Program-made: the position numbers and the translations under genes
The notes under the pieces: model-generated
What the model was told of the DNA's origin: nothing
The model's input: only the letters and a program-made list of their open reading frames with translations
Database searches by the model: none
In this document: positions 38,218 through 49,600 of the stretch, piece by piece
Numbering within the stretch: position 1 is the first letter of the stretch
How the letters are laid out: each line of letters starts with the position of its first letter
Assembly: GCA_965227295.1 (NCBI GenBank)
Contig: OZ245742.1
Coordinates: 5,728,001-5,792,000, forward strand
Direction of reading: 5' to 3'
Length of the DNA: 64,000 nucleotides
Source of the DNA: Leptonemataceae bacterium
GTDB lineage: Bacteria; Spirochaetota; Leptospiria; Leptospirales; Leptonemataceae

Positions 38218-39552
38218 TCAAAACTCGGGCACGACCGCTTCATTTTCCGGGAAATCATACCAGTTTCGCGCCGACACGCCTCCGGAGCTGTACCAATCAT
38301 CAAACAGCGGATACGCCGGATGAATATTGCCGCGTTCGTAGGGCCAGCGCCAGTCCCCCGGTACCATCAGCGCCCAGGGAAAACCCGCGGGATCGACGAA
38401 ACGATCGGCACCGCCGTCGTCGAAGTAACGCCCGGCGAAATGGATGTCGTGACCGGTGTTCAGCACACGGAGAAAAAGATCGTACGGCATGGCTCCGAGG
38501 TCCGCGCGCTGCAGCGGCGCCGCCGGCGTAATCTCGAAATTCGCGCGCTCTCCGGTGCGAAACTCACCGGCGTTCGGCGCGGTGTTCGAAGCGGAGATCG
38601 TTCGGTCGCTGCGCGGCATAAGTTCCACTCCGGTGAAGTTAGCAACGATGCGATCCTCGCTGTGCACGACGTTTTCGAGTTCATCGTAACGCATGAGCCG
38701 CAGCCGCGCGTTTTCCGCTCCCGGCAAGGTCAAATGCAGCGTATGTTTGTAGCCGGCTCCGCGGGCGACGTGCACGATTTCGCCGCGCAGGCCGACGATG
38801 CGCCCCCGGGCGTCCAGGTCTTCTTCGTATCTCAGGCGCAGCACGTAATCGTTGAAGTCGGCGTCACCCTGGCGCGGATACAAATCCTCGAAGGCGATGG
38901 TGTAGTGCTGCAACGGCGGCGAAGGATAACGCACCATGGTTGCGCGGGTCGGGTCGTCCGGATAATGGTCCTGATCGTCGGGAATGCCGTCCCCGTCCCG
39001 ATCCATCACCGGTACCGGGCCCACCATCGCCATAATGTTCAACGTGCGGCGAATTTCCTGGACCATGGTAAGATCCACCTGTTGCCGATAGGTCTGACCG
39101 GCGAACTGATATTCGATGATCACCGCGGGCACGGCGCGGTTGATGGTGATGCTTCCCGTGGCGTTGCCGTTCGCGTTCGTAGCGGCCTGAAAGAGCACCT
39201 GCTCACCGGTGCTGTTGTCCACCAGTTCAAAGACGCGCACGCGACTGCCTTCCACGGGGGCCACGGCATCGACGACGGTTATGAAGACATCCACGGTCTG
39301 CGTGGTTTCAAAGAGAAAGTTCGGATCGCCCACCAGGTCGTCGATTTGAATGGAGAAGGGTACCGTTTCCGTTTCCCCGGCGTTCACGTCCGCCGGCTCG
39401 ACTTCGGCCCCCGGCGGCGGCAGCACCGCGGCCAGGCCCACCAGCCAGGCGTAGTTCTCGTCTTCCGGAGACGAACAGGAGCCGAGACCGAATGCGAGCA
39501 CGATCGCAAAAAGCAAGCGGATGATGGGACGAATAAAACTGCGCGCGTTCAT
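38218..39552 (-). CDS. LruC-domain lipoprotein
   Basis: Lipobox-like LGSC; DRDGDGIPD; TIAFEDLYPRQGDADFNDYV; FPWALMVP...WPYE...AYPLF...WY; CAGGAG SD before ATG 39552. Confidence 0.85.
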   Translation of the reverse strand: MNARSFIRPIIRLLFAIVLAFGLGSCSSPEDENYAWLVGLAAVLPPPGAEVEPADVNAGETETVPFSIQIDDLVGDPNFLFETTQTVDVFITVVDAVAPVEGSRVRVFELVDNSTGEQVLFQAATNANGNATGSITINRAVPAVIIEYQFAGQTYRQQVDLTMVQEIRRTLNIMAMVGPVPVMDRDGDGIPDDQDHYPDDPTRATMVRYPSPPLQHYTIAFEDLYPRQGDADFNDYVLRLRYEEDLDARGRIVGLRGEIVHVARGAGYKHTLHLTLPGAENARLRLMRYDELENVVHSEDRIVANFTGVELMPRSDRTISASNTAPNAGEFRTGERANFEITPAAPLQRADLGAMPYDLFLRVLNTGHDIHFAGRYFDDGGADRFVDPAGFPWALMVPGDWRWPYERGNIHPAYPLFDDWYSSGGVSARNWYDFPENEAVVPEF

Positions 39553-39710
39553 ATAAAACTCCTGCACGCAATTATTAAAATACGGTTAGCCCGCTTTTGC
39601 AATAAGTCGGGAGGACTAGATACTCTAAGGTTCGAGGTGTAGTTTTACGTAAGCCCTGGATTACTAAATATGCTTTAGCATTTGCGATTAAGGTGTTGAT
39701 TTAACCTTCT

Positions 39711-40982
39711 TTATGTCGCGGTGCGTTCCGCCGCGGCCAGGGCCGCGAGGCGGCCGGAGGTCCATGCGCTCTGAAAATTGAAGCCTCCGGTGATTCCATC
39801 AATATCAAGGATTTCACCCGCAAAGAACAGACCCGCGTGACGCCGGCTGGCAAACGTGCGCAGATCAATCTCGCTTAGCTTTACACCACCGGCGGTTACG
39901 AATTCTTCCTTAAATACGCCCTTACCGCTCACCGTAAATACCGTCCGCCGCAGAACGTCCGTAACCCGCTGCACCCCGGCCGACGGCATCTCCGCCCAGC
40001 GCAATTCCGCAATCCCCGCGGCAGCGGCGATCCGCCGCCAGAGTCGACCCGGCAGATGTTGCTGCAAACGCGGCTGTTCGCCGCCGGCCTTGCGGGCCCC
40101 GGCCGTCGTCTTTGCCTCGATAATGGCATCGCGCACTTGGTTTTCGTTCTGCTCCGGACAGAAATCGATACTGAGCTTCGTGTTGTACTCCAGGGCATGG
40201 AGTTCCCGGGCCGCGAAGGCCGACAGGCGCAAAATCGCCGGACCGCTGACGCCCCAGTGCGTAATCAGCAACGGCCCTTCGGCCGCATAGCGCGCACGTT
40301 GCCGGCGTTCGCCGACGTCCGGCAGACTCACCCGCGCGCGCGGAACGCTGAGCCCGGCAAGATCGTTCCAGCCGTCGCGAAGTTCGAACGTAAAGATCGA
40401 GGGTATCGGCGCGACAATTTCATGGCCGAGTTGTTCGGCCAGCCGGAATCCGCGCCGATCCCCGCCGCACGCTAATATTAACTGCTCGCATGTTAGTTGT
40501 CTGCCGCCGGATGTTTCCAGGGCAAAGCCCTCATCCTCCGCGCGCACGGAGCTGATCGCCGCATTCGTAAAAAGATCCACGCCGGCCCGGCGGGCGGCGT
40601 CCGACAGCGTACGCACAATGTCGTTCGAGTCGTCGGATTCCGGAAAGACCCGGCCGTCTTCCTCGGTCTTGAGGGCGACGCCGCGCGCGGTGAACCAGGC
40701 CATGGTGTCCCGGGCGCCGAAACGACTCAACGGGCCGCGCAGTTCACGCGAGCCGCGCGGATAGTGGGCCGAAAACTCCGCCGGGGAATCCAGAAAGCGG
40801 CCGTGGGTCACATTGCAGCGCCCGCCGCCGGAAATGCGCACCTTGTCCAGGAAGCTTCGCCCCGCCTCAAAGATCGCAACGTTACGCAAGCCGGTCTCCG
40901 CGGCCGTAACGGCGGCGAAGAATCCCGCGGCGCCGCCGCCGACAATGATCAGAGAATAATGACTGCGTTCGTTGCCGGTCAT
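39711..40982 (-). CDS. NAD(P)/FAD-dependent oxidoreductase, HI0933/BaiN family
   Basis: GGGAAG, KVRISGGGRCNVT, THWGVSGP, VTAGGV, GITGGFNFQ. Confidence 0.93.
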   Translation of the reverse strand: MTGNERSHYSLIIVGGGAAGFFAAVTAAETGLRNVAIFEAGRSFLDKVRISGGGRCNVTHGRFLDSPAEFSAHYPRGSRELRGPLSRFGARDTMAWFTARGVALKTEEDGRVFPESDDSNDIVRTLSDAARRAGVDLFTNAAISSVRAEDEGFALETSGGRQLTCEQLILACGGDRRGFRLAEQLGHEIVAPIPSIFTFELRDGWNDLAGLSVPRARVSLPDVGERRQRARYAAEGPLLITHWGVSGPAILRLSAFAARELHALEYNTKLSIDFCPEQNENQVRDAIIEAKTTAGARKAGGEQPRLQQHLPGRLWRRIAAAAGIAELRWAEMPSAGVQRVTDVLRRTVFTVSGKGVFKEEFVTAGGVKLSEIDLRTFASRRHAGLFFAGEILDIDGITGGFNFQSAWTSGRLAALAAAERTAT

Positions 40983-40994
40983 ACACCTCCGCGC

Positions 40995-42899
40995 TCAGCC
41001 AGGCGCACCGGTTTCCCGTTCCATCCGTTCCCGGGCCGCGTGCTCCAGGGCCCGCCGGTCACCGTAGACCACGGCCAGTTTTTTGGCCCGGGTCAAAGCG
41101 GTGTACAGCGCCCGGCGATTCAACAGAGGATGATCGCTCTGTTCCGGCAGAAAAAACAACACCTCGCCGTACTCCGAACCCTGGGACTTGTGCACCGTCA
41201 GAGCAAAAGCCGGTTCGTAGGCGTGCAACATTTCCGGCAGGAAACTTCTAAACTGCTGATCGCCGGAAGCTAATTCAAATACGAAACGCAAGCGTCCGCG
41301 GCCGTCCGGCACCGCCAGGCCCACGTCCCCGTTGTAGAGGTCCCGCCGGGGATCGTTGCGAGTGATCATCACCGGCGTGCCGGGACTGAGTTCGTCTGAG
41401 CGTACATTAGCATTCAAACGTGACGAGAGCCAGAGTTGTGCGCGACGGTTCAGGGCGGAAAAGCCGCTCGCCCCGCGCCGCGTGAGCGTGAGCATCCGCG
41501 ACCGGTCCAGATAACCGAAGAGCTCCGCATAAACATCCCGACGTTCCTCCGCCGCCGCGGGTAAACGCTGCAATTTGTCCAACAATGCAAAGTAACGTGC
41601 ATCGTACGAACGAAGGAGCCACGAATGCACGACATCCTTCAAGTCCGCGTCTTCAGCGGCCAGGTGATGGCAACCGACGGCCGGCCAGAGCTCCCGGCAG
41701 CGGGGAAAGGCGTCCAGGTCCGCATCGCCGGCGTTCACCGCACGGGCCGCATGCAAGATGGCGTCGCCGGAACGATGGCTGCTCCGGAGTTCCACGACCG
41801 CCGGCGCGGTTTCACCCTGGCCGCGCAGAAAATCCGCCAGAACCGCCCCGGCCTCCACGGACGGTAGCTGATCGCGATCGCCGATTAAGATGAGACGGGT
41901 GCGCCCGCCATCGACATCCAGGGCCTCCAGCAACCGGGCCATGAGCGCCGCGTCCACCATGGAAACCTCATCCACGATCACGATGCCCGGCGGCAGCGGA
42001 TGATCTGCGCCGTGCATAAAGCTGTGCCGTCCGGCGTGATAACGCAACAGGCGGTGTAACGTTTTCCCGCTTAAACTTAAGAGCTGCGCGTCCGCCTCCT
42101 CCGCGTCACCGAGACTGCGAATCCCCCGACGCACGGATTCCGTCATGCGCTGTGCCGCTCGCCCGGTGGGCGCCGCGAGGTAAATGTCCTTCGCCGCAAA
42201 CCCCAGTCGCGCGAGGGCCCGCAGCAGAGTCACGATCGTGGACGTCTTTCCGGTCCCCGGGCCGCCGGTGATGATCATGAACGGCCGGACCAGCGCGGTC
42301 TCAACGGCCTCGCGTTGTTCCGGTGTGAGCCGCAGGCCCTCGCCCCGATCATTGCGAATGGGCCGCTCATCGATGACCTCCGCCAGGACACCACTAACAT
42401 CTTTTTTGTGAATATTAACAAGCCCGCTGGAGAGCGCGGCGGCCCGATCGCGAATGATTCGCCGGGCCTCGTAGCCGCGCTGAAAAAAAAGATAACCGGT
42501 CCCGTCGTCGTCGAACTCCAGAAACAAGGGCCGGTAGCGATCATCGTCCGTGGCCAGCAGCGGGCCTGCAAAGGCCCGTAGATCTCCGGAAAGACAGAAG
42601 CGCGTCAGTCGATCCGCAATGCGCCCGGCCGGTTCCGCGGATATGGCCGTCGCCCGGCGCAGCAGACGCGCCAGGGCCTCGGGCTCGAGGCGCAGACACA
42701 GGCTGCCTTCCTCCAGGGCAAAAAACAACGCCACGAGCAGCACGGGCAGTTCCTGAGCACCGGGAGCATAGGCGCACAGGTCTCGAATGGTCGCGAGACG
42801 TCCGGAAGCACGCAGGGGATCCGCAGCAAACATCAGATCAAACAAAGTTTGCTCTTCTGCATTCAGCGTTTGCAGGATCGCCGCATGGGCCGGCGGCAA
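40995..42899 (-). CDS. recD: exodeoxyribonuclease V alpha subunit
   Basis: TGGPGTGKT, APTGRAA, TLHRLL, VDEVSM, GDRDQLPSV, TVHKSQGSE, YTALTRAK. Confidence 0.95.
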   Translation of the reverse strand: MPPAHAAILQTLNAEEQTLFDLMFAADPLRASGRLATIRDLCAYAPGAQELPVLLVALFFALEEGSLCLRLEPEALARLLRRATAISAEPAGRIADRLTRFCLSGDLRAFAGPLLATDDDRYRPLFLEFDDDGTGYLFFQRGYEARRIIRDRAAALSSGLVNIHKKDVSGVLAEVIDERPIRNDRGEGLRLTPEQREAVETALVRPFMIITGGPGTGKTSTIVTLLRALARLGFAAKDIYLAAPTGRAAQRMTESVRRGIRSLGDAEEADAQLLSLSGKTLHRLLRYHAGRHSFMHGADHPLPPGIVIVDEVSMVDAALMARLLEALDVDGGRTRLILIGDRDQLPSVEAGAVLADFLRGQGETAPAVVELRSSHRSGDAILHAARAVNAGDADLDAFPRCRELWPAVGCHHLAAEDADLKDVVHSWLLRSYDARYFALLDKLQRLPAAAEERRDVYAELFGYLDRSRMLTLTRRGASGFSALNRRAQLWLSSRLNANVRSDELSPGTPVMITRNDPRRDLYNGDVGLAVPDGRGRLRFVFELASGDQQFRSFLPEMLHAYEPAFALTVHKSQGSEYGEVLFFLPEQSDHPLLNRRALYTALTRAKKLAVVYGDRRALEHAARERMERETGAPG

Positions 42900-42933
42900 A
42901 AGTTCACGCTCCGGCCTTATGTCGCTTTTTAGT

Positions 42934-45900
42934 TCAGACGTATGCAGGGAGTTCCTCCGTCAGCGCGAGCAGCTCGCGTTCCTCCGGGCGCACGAAGTAG
43001 ACGCCCCGCCCGGGACGCCCCGGGTCCATGCCGCGCAGAAAAAAGTAAAACACGCCGCCGAAATCGCGTTCGTAGTGAAAATCGGGGACGGTCTGTTCCA
43101 GCCACAGTAACAACGCGTGACCGTAGATGCGCGCCTGAAGATGATAGTCGTGGTGCTCCATGGCCTGTTGCAGGGCGGGGGCGTCGTAGTCGCCGTTCTC
43201 CAGGTCGTTGGACTTCCAGTCCGCCAGGTAGTACCGGCCCTCGTGGCGAAAGACGAGATCGATGAATCCCCAAACATAACCGTCGATTACATTTAGCTCG
43301 GTTGATTCTAAGGGCGGCGAGGTCCGCAGGCGCGGGACGTGAAAGTAAAACTCCATCTCATGGATACGATCGACGGGCCTGAGATCGCACAGGCGCAAAC
43401 CGCCGGCCGGTTCGAGGCTCGCCGTCAGCGTTCGCGCCAGCACGGCGTGCACCGGCGACAGCAGGCCGTGTTCCGGATCGGGATCCCCGAAACGCCGCAA
43501 CCGTTCCACGATCAGCTCGCGGTTCTCGGTCGAAAGATCATCGGGACGCGGCAACATGCCCGTTCCGCCGGAGCGGGCGTAGTCGGCATAGTCGACGTGT
43601 TCCAGAAGATCGTGAAACATCACGCCGGCCTCCGGGCCGCGCGGCAGGACATCGCCGGCGCTGTTCACGGCGGCGTCTTCGTCGAGGCCCCGGGCAACCT
43701 GCGGTGCCGCGGCGAACAATACGTTCTCGTCCCCGGCGGCCACCGGCTCGCCGAACTGCAACAAACGTTCCCGATGCCGGGCCGCTCCCCGCACCAGGGT
43801 CGTGTAGGAGACCAGGTCCACCCGGCGCCCGGCGGCGTCGCGCGGTGGTGCGGGGAAAGACTCTGTGATTAACTTATTTTCCTTGGAAGTTAGAGTCGAC
43901 GCCGTAACTTCCGGCCCGATGATCGCAGTGCGTCGCTTCGTTCCAGGGACAAAGCCGGCATCCTCGCTTTGACCGAGGCCGGATTGATCCACGGCATCGC
44001 GAACAAAACGAGCCACCGGACCGGCGGAAGTCCGCCCGGCCCCACTCGCACGATAGTACGGTACATACAGCTTCAGTGACGCGCGGGTAAAAGCCACGTA
44101 AAACAGACGACGATCCTCCGCGTCGGCCTCGTCCGCCTGCCGCTGCACATCCGACTTGAGCAGGTCGTAGACCTTCGTTCCATTCTCGTCGTGATACTCG
44201 AAGTACTCGCGCTGATAGTGCGCGATCTGCGTGAGCCCGCCGGCGACGAACACCACCGGGAACTCGAGCCCCTTTGCGGCGTGAATCGTCATGATGCGCA
44301 CGCGCGGCGCCTCGCTTTCCTCGCGATGGATGTCCTGTTCGTCTTCGATGGAAAAGCCGGAAGCGTTGCCGCCCCGCAGCGCATGCAGATGTTCCAGTAG
44401 CCCGGTGAGATCCAGGCTGCGCCTCGACGCCGCTTCCAGCAAATCGTCCATGATTTGTTCGTAGTTCACCAGCCGCCGCTCCCAGGCCGGGTCGGGGCCG
44501 TCGGCGTACGGAGCAAGGCCGAGACTCTCCTGCATGAGCCGGCGAAAGAACTGCGGCCAGGCCCGGCGTCCGGCGTACTCACGGAGGCGTAGCAGCAGTT
44601 CGCGGGCCGGACCCTCTTCGAGGTTGCTGTCGACATTCCGCAACTCGTCCGGGCGCAACCGGAAAAAACGACTCAGCAAAACCTTGCGAAAACGAGCCGC
44701 ATCCGCCGGACGTTCGACCGCGGCGAGCAGCAGGGCGATTTCGTAGGCCTCGATACTGTCGTACAGTCCCGGCTTTTTATAGAAGGTATGCGGAACACGC
44801 CGGTGATCAAAGGCCGCTTCGACGGCCTCCACATCGCCGCGACCGCGGACCAATACGCAAACATCGCCGAAGTCCAGGGGGCGCACCGCCCCATCGCGTT
44901 CTATCTCGATCTTTCCACTTAATATAATCTCACTGACTTCTTGTGCAACAAACTCAGCGAAGCACCGACGTGCCGACGTGCCGCTGCCGGCCTCGTCCAG
45001 GTCCACGAACTGCACGGCCGGGCGCGCGGAGTCATCGCGCTTTGCGCGCAGACGGCGCGTTTCTTCACCGGCCGCGGCCAGTTCCGCGTAGCGAATGCCG
45101 ACGTCCTGCCCGAAGTAGGCCGGATCGGCGAACAGACGATTGAACACGTGCACCAGGGCGGGAGACGAACGAAAGTTCACGCCCAGACGATACAGCCCGG
45201 CCCGGCCCTCCGCGGCCAGCGATTCGATGAGTGCCCGAGCGCCGAAGTAGGCGTGCACGTCCGCGCCGCGGAAACCGTAGATGGCCTGTTTCGGATCCCC
45301 GACGATCATCAGCACGCCCCGAACGGGGCCGTAACTTTCTTCGATATAAAGTTTGCGGAAAATGCTCCACTGGACCGCGTCCGTGTCCTGGAACTCATCT
45401 ACGATGGCGTAACGGTAGCGTTCGCGGAGCGCCTGGAGCAGCATGCCGTCTCCCGGCAGCGCCCGGTCTACGAGTTCAATCATGTCCTGGAAACTCACGA
45501 GGCCGTGTTCTGCTTTGTATCGGGCGAGATCGCGCCCGAGGCTCGCGATGCTGTCCGCCGCGAGACCGCGGGCGACGGCGTCGACTTCCGTACCGCCGGC
45601 CGCAATGCGCAGTTCTTCGAGTACGGCGACGATCTCCGGGAGTTCGGGACAGGCCGTCAGGTTTTCGCCGGCGGCAGTCCAGTGACGTTCGCTTAACACC
45701 CGAAAGCCGATGTCCTCCGGATCGTCCAGGGCGGGGCGGCACGTTTTCAGGAACTCACGCCACAATGCCAGGGCCGGCAGTGATCCTTCGCGGAAATCCC
45801 CGAGAAGTTCCAGCAGCGGCAGCAGGATCTTCCGGACTTTCTTATTGCGGGAGTTCTTTTTTTGATTTAACGCTTCGAACCCGGCCACGAGCGCGCTGCG

Positions 45901-46605
45901 TTCCGGAACGCGCCCATCCACCGGCCCGGCGAGATCGACGAGAGCTGCTAACTTCTCTTGAACGAAAGCTTCCAGATCACGAAAGCGCTCGAGCCAGGCG
46001 GGGGAATCGTTTTCATCCGGCGGCGGCAGGATGCTTTCGTACTCCGGGCGGAAGTTTGCGGCGATGCGACGCACGGTGTTTTCGAACCGACTCTCCCCGT
46101 TGCGATCGATGTCCGGATAGCCGGACAGGTGCAACACGGCTTCCAGGTCCTCACCGTACCGCCGCGGCCACTCCGCGCGCATCTGCTGCTTCAACAGGTG
46201 TTCGAGCAACGGCCCATCGTCCACGACCTCGTACTCAAACGAACGGCCCAGTTCAAAACCGTAGTTCTGCAATACCTGGTGGCAGAAGCCGTGGATCGTA
46301 TAAATGCCCGCCGAATCGAAATTGTCCACCGCACGCCGCAGACGCGCACGTTGTTCCAGGTCGTCCGTACAAACGTGGACGGCTTCTTCGAGGCGCGTGC
46401 GAATGCGTTCCTTGAGTTCACCGGCGGCCTTTTCGGTAAACGTCACGACGAGGAGGCGGTCCACGTCCACGCCCTCGTCGCGCACGAGACGCAGCACGAG
46501 CCGTTCGATGGTGTAGGTCTTACCGGTACCCGCGGAGGCTTCGATGACCGCCGGTTGGTCCAGGCGGATCTCGTCCGGGCTGCGCACGTCGTGATACTCG
46601 TTCAC
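42934..46605 (-). CDS. recB: exodeoxyribonuclease V beta subunit
   Basis: EASAGTGKT, VTFTEKAA, VDEFQDT, GDPKQAIYGFRG, TIHAAKGLEF; nuclease GFIDLVF...DWKSN. Confidence 0.95.
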   Translation of the reverse strand: MNEYHDVRSPDEIRLDQPAVIEASAGTGKTYTIERLVLRLVRDEGVDVDRLLVVTFTEKAAGELKERIRTRLEEAVHVCTDDLEQRARLRRAVDNFDSAGIYTIHGFCHQVLQNYGFELGRSFEYEVVDDGPLLEHLLKQQMRAEWPRRYGEDLEAVLHLSGYPDIDRNGESRFENTVRRIAANFRPEYESILPPPDENDSPAWLERFRDLEAFVQEKLAALVDLAGPVDGRVPERSALVAGFEALNQKKNSRNKKVRKILLPLLELLGDFREGSLPALALWREFLKTCRPALDDPEDIGFRVLSERHWTAAGENLTACPELPEIVAVLEELRIAAGGTEVDAVARGLAADSIASLGRDLARYKAEHGLVSFQDMIELVDRALPGDGMLLQALRERYRYAIVDEFQDTDAVQWSIFRKLYIEESYGPVRGVLMIVGDPKQAIYGFRGADVHAYFGARALIESLAAEGRAGLYRLGVNFRSSPALVHVFNRLFADPAYFGQDVGIRYAELAAAGEETRRLRAKRDDSARPAVQFVDLDEAGSGTSARRCFAEFVAQEVSEIILSGKIEIERDGAVRPLDFGDVCVLVRGRGDVEAVEAAFDHRRVPHTFYKKPGLYDSIEAYEIALLLAAVERPADAARFRKVLLSRFFRLRPDELRNVDSNLEEGPARELLLRLREYAGRRAWPQFFRRLMQESLGLAPYADGPDPAWERRLVNYEQIMDDLLEAASRRSLDLTGLLEHLHALRGGNASGFSIEDEQDIHREESEAPRVRIMTIHAAKGLEFPVVFVAGGLTQIAHYQREYFEYHDENGTKVYDLLKSDVQRQADEADAEDRRLFYVAFTRASLKLYVPYYRASGAGRTSAGPVARFVRDAVDQSGLGQSEDAGFVPGTKRRTAIIGPEVTASTLTSKENKLITESFPAPPRDAAGRRVDLVSYTTLVRGAARHRERLLQFGEPVAAGDENVLFAAAPQVARGLDEDAAVNSAGDVLPRGPEAGVMFHDLLEHVDYADYARSGGTGMLPRPDDLSTENRELIVERLRRFGDPDPEHGLLSPVHAVLARTLTASLEPAGGLRLCDLRPVDRIHEMEFYFHVPRLRTSPPLESTELNVIDGYVWGFIDLVFRHEGRYYLADWKSNDLENGDYDAPALQQAMEHHDYHLQARIYGHALLLWLEQTVPDFHYERDFGGVFYFFLRGMDPGRPGRGVYFVRPEERELLALTEELPAYV

Positions 46606-49600
46606 GCGGGGCCCCCGGCTTTGCTGACTTTCTTTGAGGAAGATTTAGCGGCCTTCTCCGGCGCGAGCAACGGTCCCGGCAACGCAAAGCGCCGTTGCAC
46701 GAGGTCGTAGACGTCCCGGGGCAGCAGGTCCTCGCCGCCGCGCTCCATGCTCGCAACAAGTCGCAGGAGACCGTCGCGATCTTCCCGTTCCGCCTCGCGG
46801 AGCTCGTGAATTTCCCGGCGATACTGCGCACGGGTTTCCGCATCCGCGCCGTGGCCGGTCGCCCAGGGTCGCATCGTGGTCTTGCCGAGAACCGCCGCCA
46901 GGGGGACGTCGTGAAACGTACCGAACAGGAAATCCTCACAGAGCGATTGCAGATAAGCGCGCGCCGTCGCCCGGCCGGGATCGGTCAGCACAATGCGATC
47001 CGACTTCTCCCGGGCCACCACCTGGACTTCGAAGGCCGGGGCCGGCTCCGCGAAATCCGCGGCGGCTTCCGCGGCATACAGCATCATCGCGAATAGAAAG
47101 CCGCCGAGATAGTCTTCCGGACGGACCCCGCTCGCTCCGCTGATCGTAAGGCAACCGGCCAGGCGTCCCTGTTCGTCGAGCCAGGCAACGTGACCGGCGG
47201 AGCCGTTGAGTTCCAGCGGGAGTGTCTCATCCTGCAAACTCAACTGCAGCGCCGGTCGCTGCAACATTGTAAGCGCGCTGTCGTTCGCAAAGCGACGCGC
47301 CGCGGCGTCCTCGCCGAAGACCACCAGGCAGCGGCGATCGAACGGGTGCTTCGCATGCCAGGCCTGCAAGATAGCGCTGCGTCGGCGGATCAAGTTCACA
47401 AGCAAACGACGGTCGCGACCGGCGAAGGCGCCGTGGGGCATGCGACCGCGCAACATCTCACGCTGATAACGCTTTAGAATGATTTCGGTAACCGCTTCCG
47501 GCAACTCGTCGACACTGACATTCCGGCCCAGGGCCGCATGCAACGCGTCCACGGGTAAGCGGATGTTCTCCGGAAACTTCGAGTAGAACGGTTCGTCTTC
47601 TTTGCGCGTGCGTTGTACGCCTTCGTCTTCGGTATCCGGGCGCAGGCCGTGGCGGCGGCGCAACAGGGCTTCGGCCGGGGATACGAGAAAGGCCTTTAAA
47701 TCGCGCAGGTCCACCAGCTCGCCGACGGATTCATGCATGGCGCCGGTTGCCTGGAGTTCCGCCGGGCGAAAGCTGCGCCGCAGAAGGCTTGCCGGCAAGT
47801 CGCTTAGCTTTTCCTGTGCGTCACTTAGCAGGGATCGCCGCGCCGCGTTCAGCAGCGCCACCGAACGATCCTCGACGGAGAAGTTCGCCATGACGTCGGC
47901 GTTCTCTTCGCAGCGTTGCAGGTAGCGCTCGCCGGAGAGGCGCAGCGGTACGAAGTCCCGCCGGAACGCCGCGCCGCCGAGGAACTCTTCGCTCAGAACG
48001 CTCTCGAACTCGGCCACGGGAGAACACGGCTGGAACTCACGGTCCTTGCGGGTATCCCGGCATTCGTAGAGCAGGTACAGTCGATCCTTTACCGACAGGA
48101 GCAGGTTTTCGAGAAAGAGCAGCCGGTGGACCTCGGGCGCGTTTGCATCGCCGATGCGCCGCTTCGCGGTCAATAGATTCAACGCCGAAACGTCGGCACG
48201 GCCGGGGAAATCCCCGCTCTCGCCGAGACCTGGAATGTACACGATGCGAAAGGGCACCGGGCGCATGGGACGCAGAGATGCGATGGTTACGCCGCCGGAG
48301 AGATAGCCGCCGCGGCTGCCGGAGATGCTGCGACCGTGATCGAGAAGATAGGCCCGCAGCAGGGCGAAGCTTAATGTTTGACCGGTAACACTTAAGAAGT
48401 TTTGAAAATCGGCCAGGGCGGCGAAGATCTCGTCCCGCACCCGGGATTCCGCCGGGCGTTCCGGCGGCGGCGCCAGGTACTCGTGCAGGATGGCCCGCAG
48501 TTCATCCAGGGCCTCCGGTTTTCCCGCGGCGCAGGACTCCGTACACTGCCGCAAACGAAAACGCAAATCTTCCAGCACCGTCGACAGCACGGCCAGGCTG
48601 CGTTCGTCCCGGCTGTGCATGTCCTCGAACGGCTCGACGTCTTCGAAGACGGCCTCGTCGTTGCTCTGCATGATGCGTCCGAGCCGCAGGCGCCGCAGGG
48701 CGTGCTGCCAGGTATACAAACCGTCGTCGTTCACTTCCAGTTCGCGCTGATGACTCGCGTCGAAGCCGCGGTAGACGTTCAACCGATCGGCCCAGTCCAC
48801 CCAGGCCAGGACCTGTTCGCGGGCCACGCCGTGGGCCGCGGGGGACGCGAGAAAGGCGTCGTTCATCGCGAACTCGAAGACGTCTTTGCGTGTGAACGCC
48901 GACTCGCAGAGGTCAAGCAGCGCCGTGAGGCCCGCCGTGTAGACGCTCTCGTTCCCGGCGGAGAAGTCGGTCAGATTGTACGGAAGCAGCGGACGATCGA
49001 ACTCGTCACGCCCCGCATCAAAGACGGCCTCGATGATTCCGCGATACCGTTCCATGTCCGGCAGCAGGACGGCGATGTCGGTAAGACGCAGCGAAGGATC
49101 GGCCTGCATGTTTTGTAAGATGCTGTGAAAGACCGTTTCGATTTCCCGGCGGCGACCGGGACAACCGACGATGCGCACGCTGTCATCCTGCCGCACGGTT
49201 CCGCGCGCGCCGTCGTTCGCACGGCGCGGATTTCCGGCAAGGGAACGCTGAATGTGATGCAGCAACGTCCGCGCCGGTGCACGGCTCCGCGTGTCCGCGT
49301 AAAAGACGTCGTTGGGCCGGGCGTTCGCCGCGAGCAGATAAAACATTTCCCGCGCCGGTTTGCCCCAGAGATCGAAGAGCCGCGCCCCGCTGTCCGTGCG
49401 CAAACGTTCGTCACCGAGCCCGTCGACATCGATCATCTCCGGGTCGGCGACGGACGTGCACGCCGTCCAATCATCCTCGCCCGGCGACGTGCTTTCAAAG
49501 ACGCCGGCGTAGGCCCGGTGCGCCGCCGGCAGATAAAAACGAAAGTCCGCGAACTCACCGAGCTCGAAGATCATTCGCGTGTGCAACCGCGAGAGCTGCG

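Noticed and set aside
37405..39642. 745-aa + strand ORF
   Set aside because: Antisense shadow of the response regulator and LruC genes; no motifs; typical of GC-rich DNA
39603..39710. AT-rich intergenic with short palindromes (ATGCT-TT-AGCAT)
   Set aside because: Arms too short to distinguish from chance; probably just the LruC promoter region
42900..42945. Possible recD start at ACG (TACGTCTGA overlap with the recB end)
   Set aside because: A TTG at 42899 with GGAG upstream is an adequate start; no need to invoke a lost ATG
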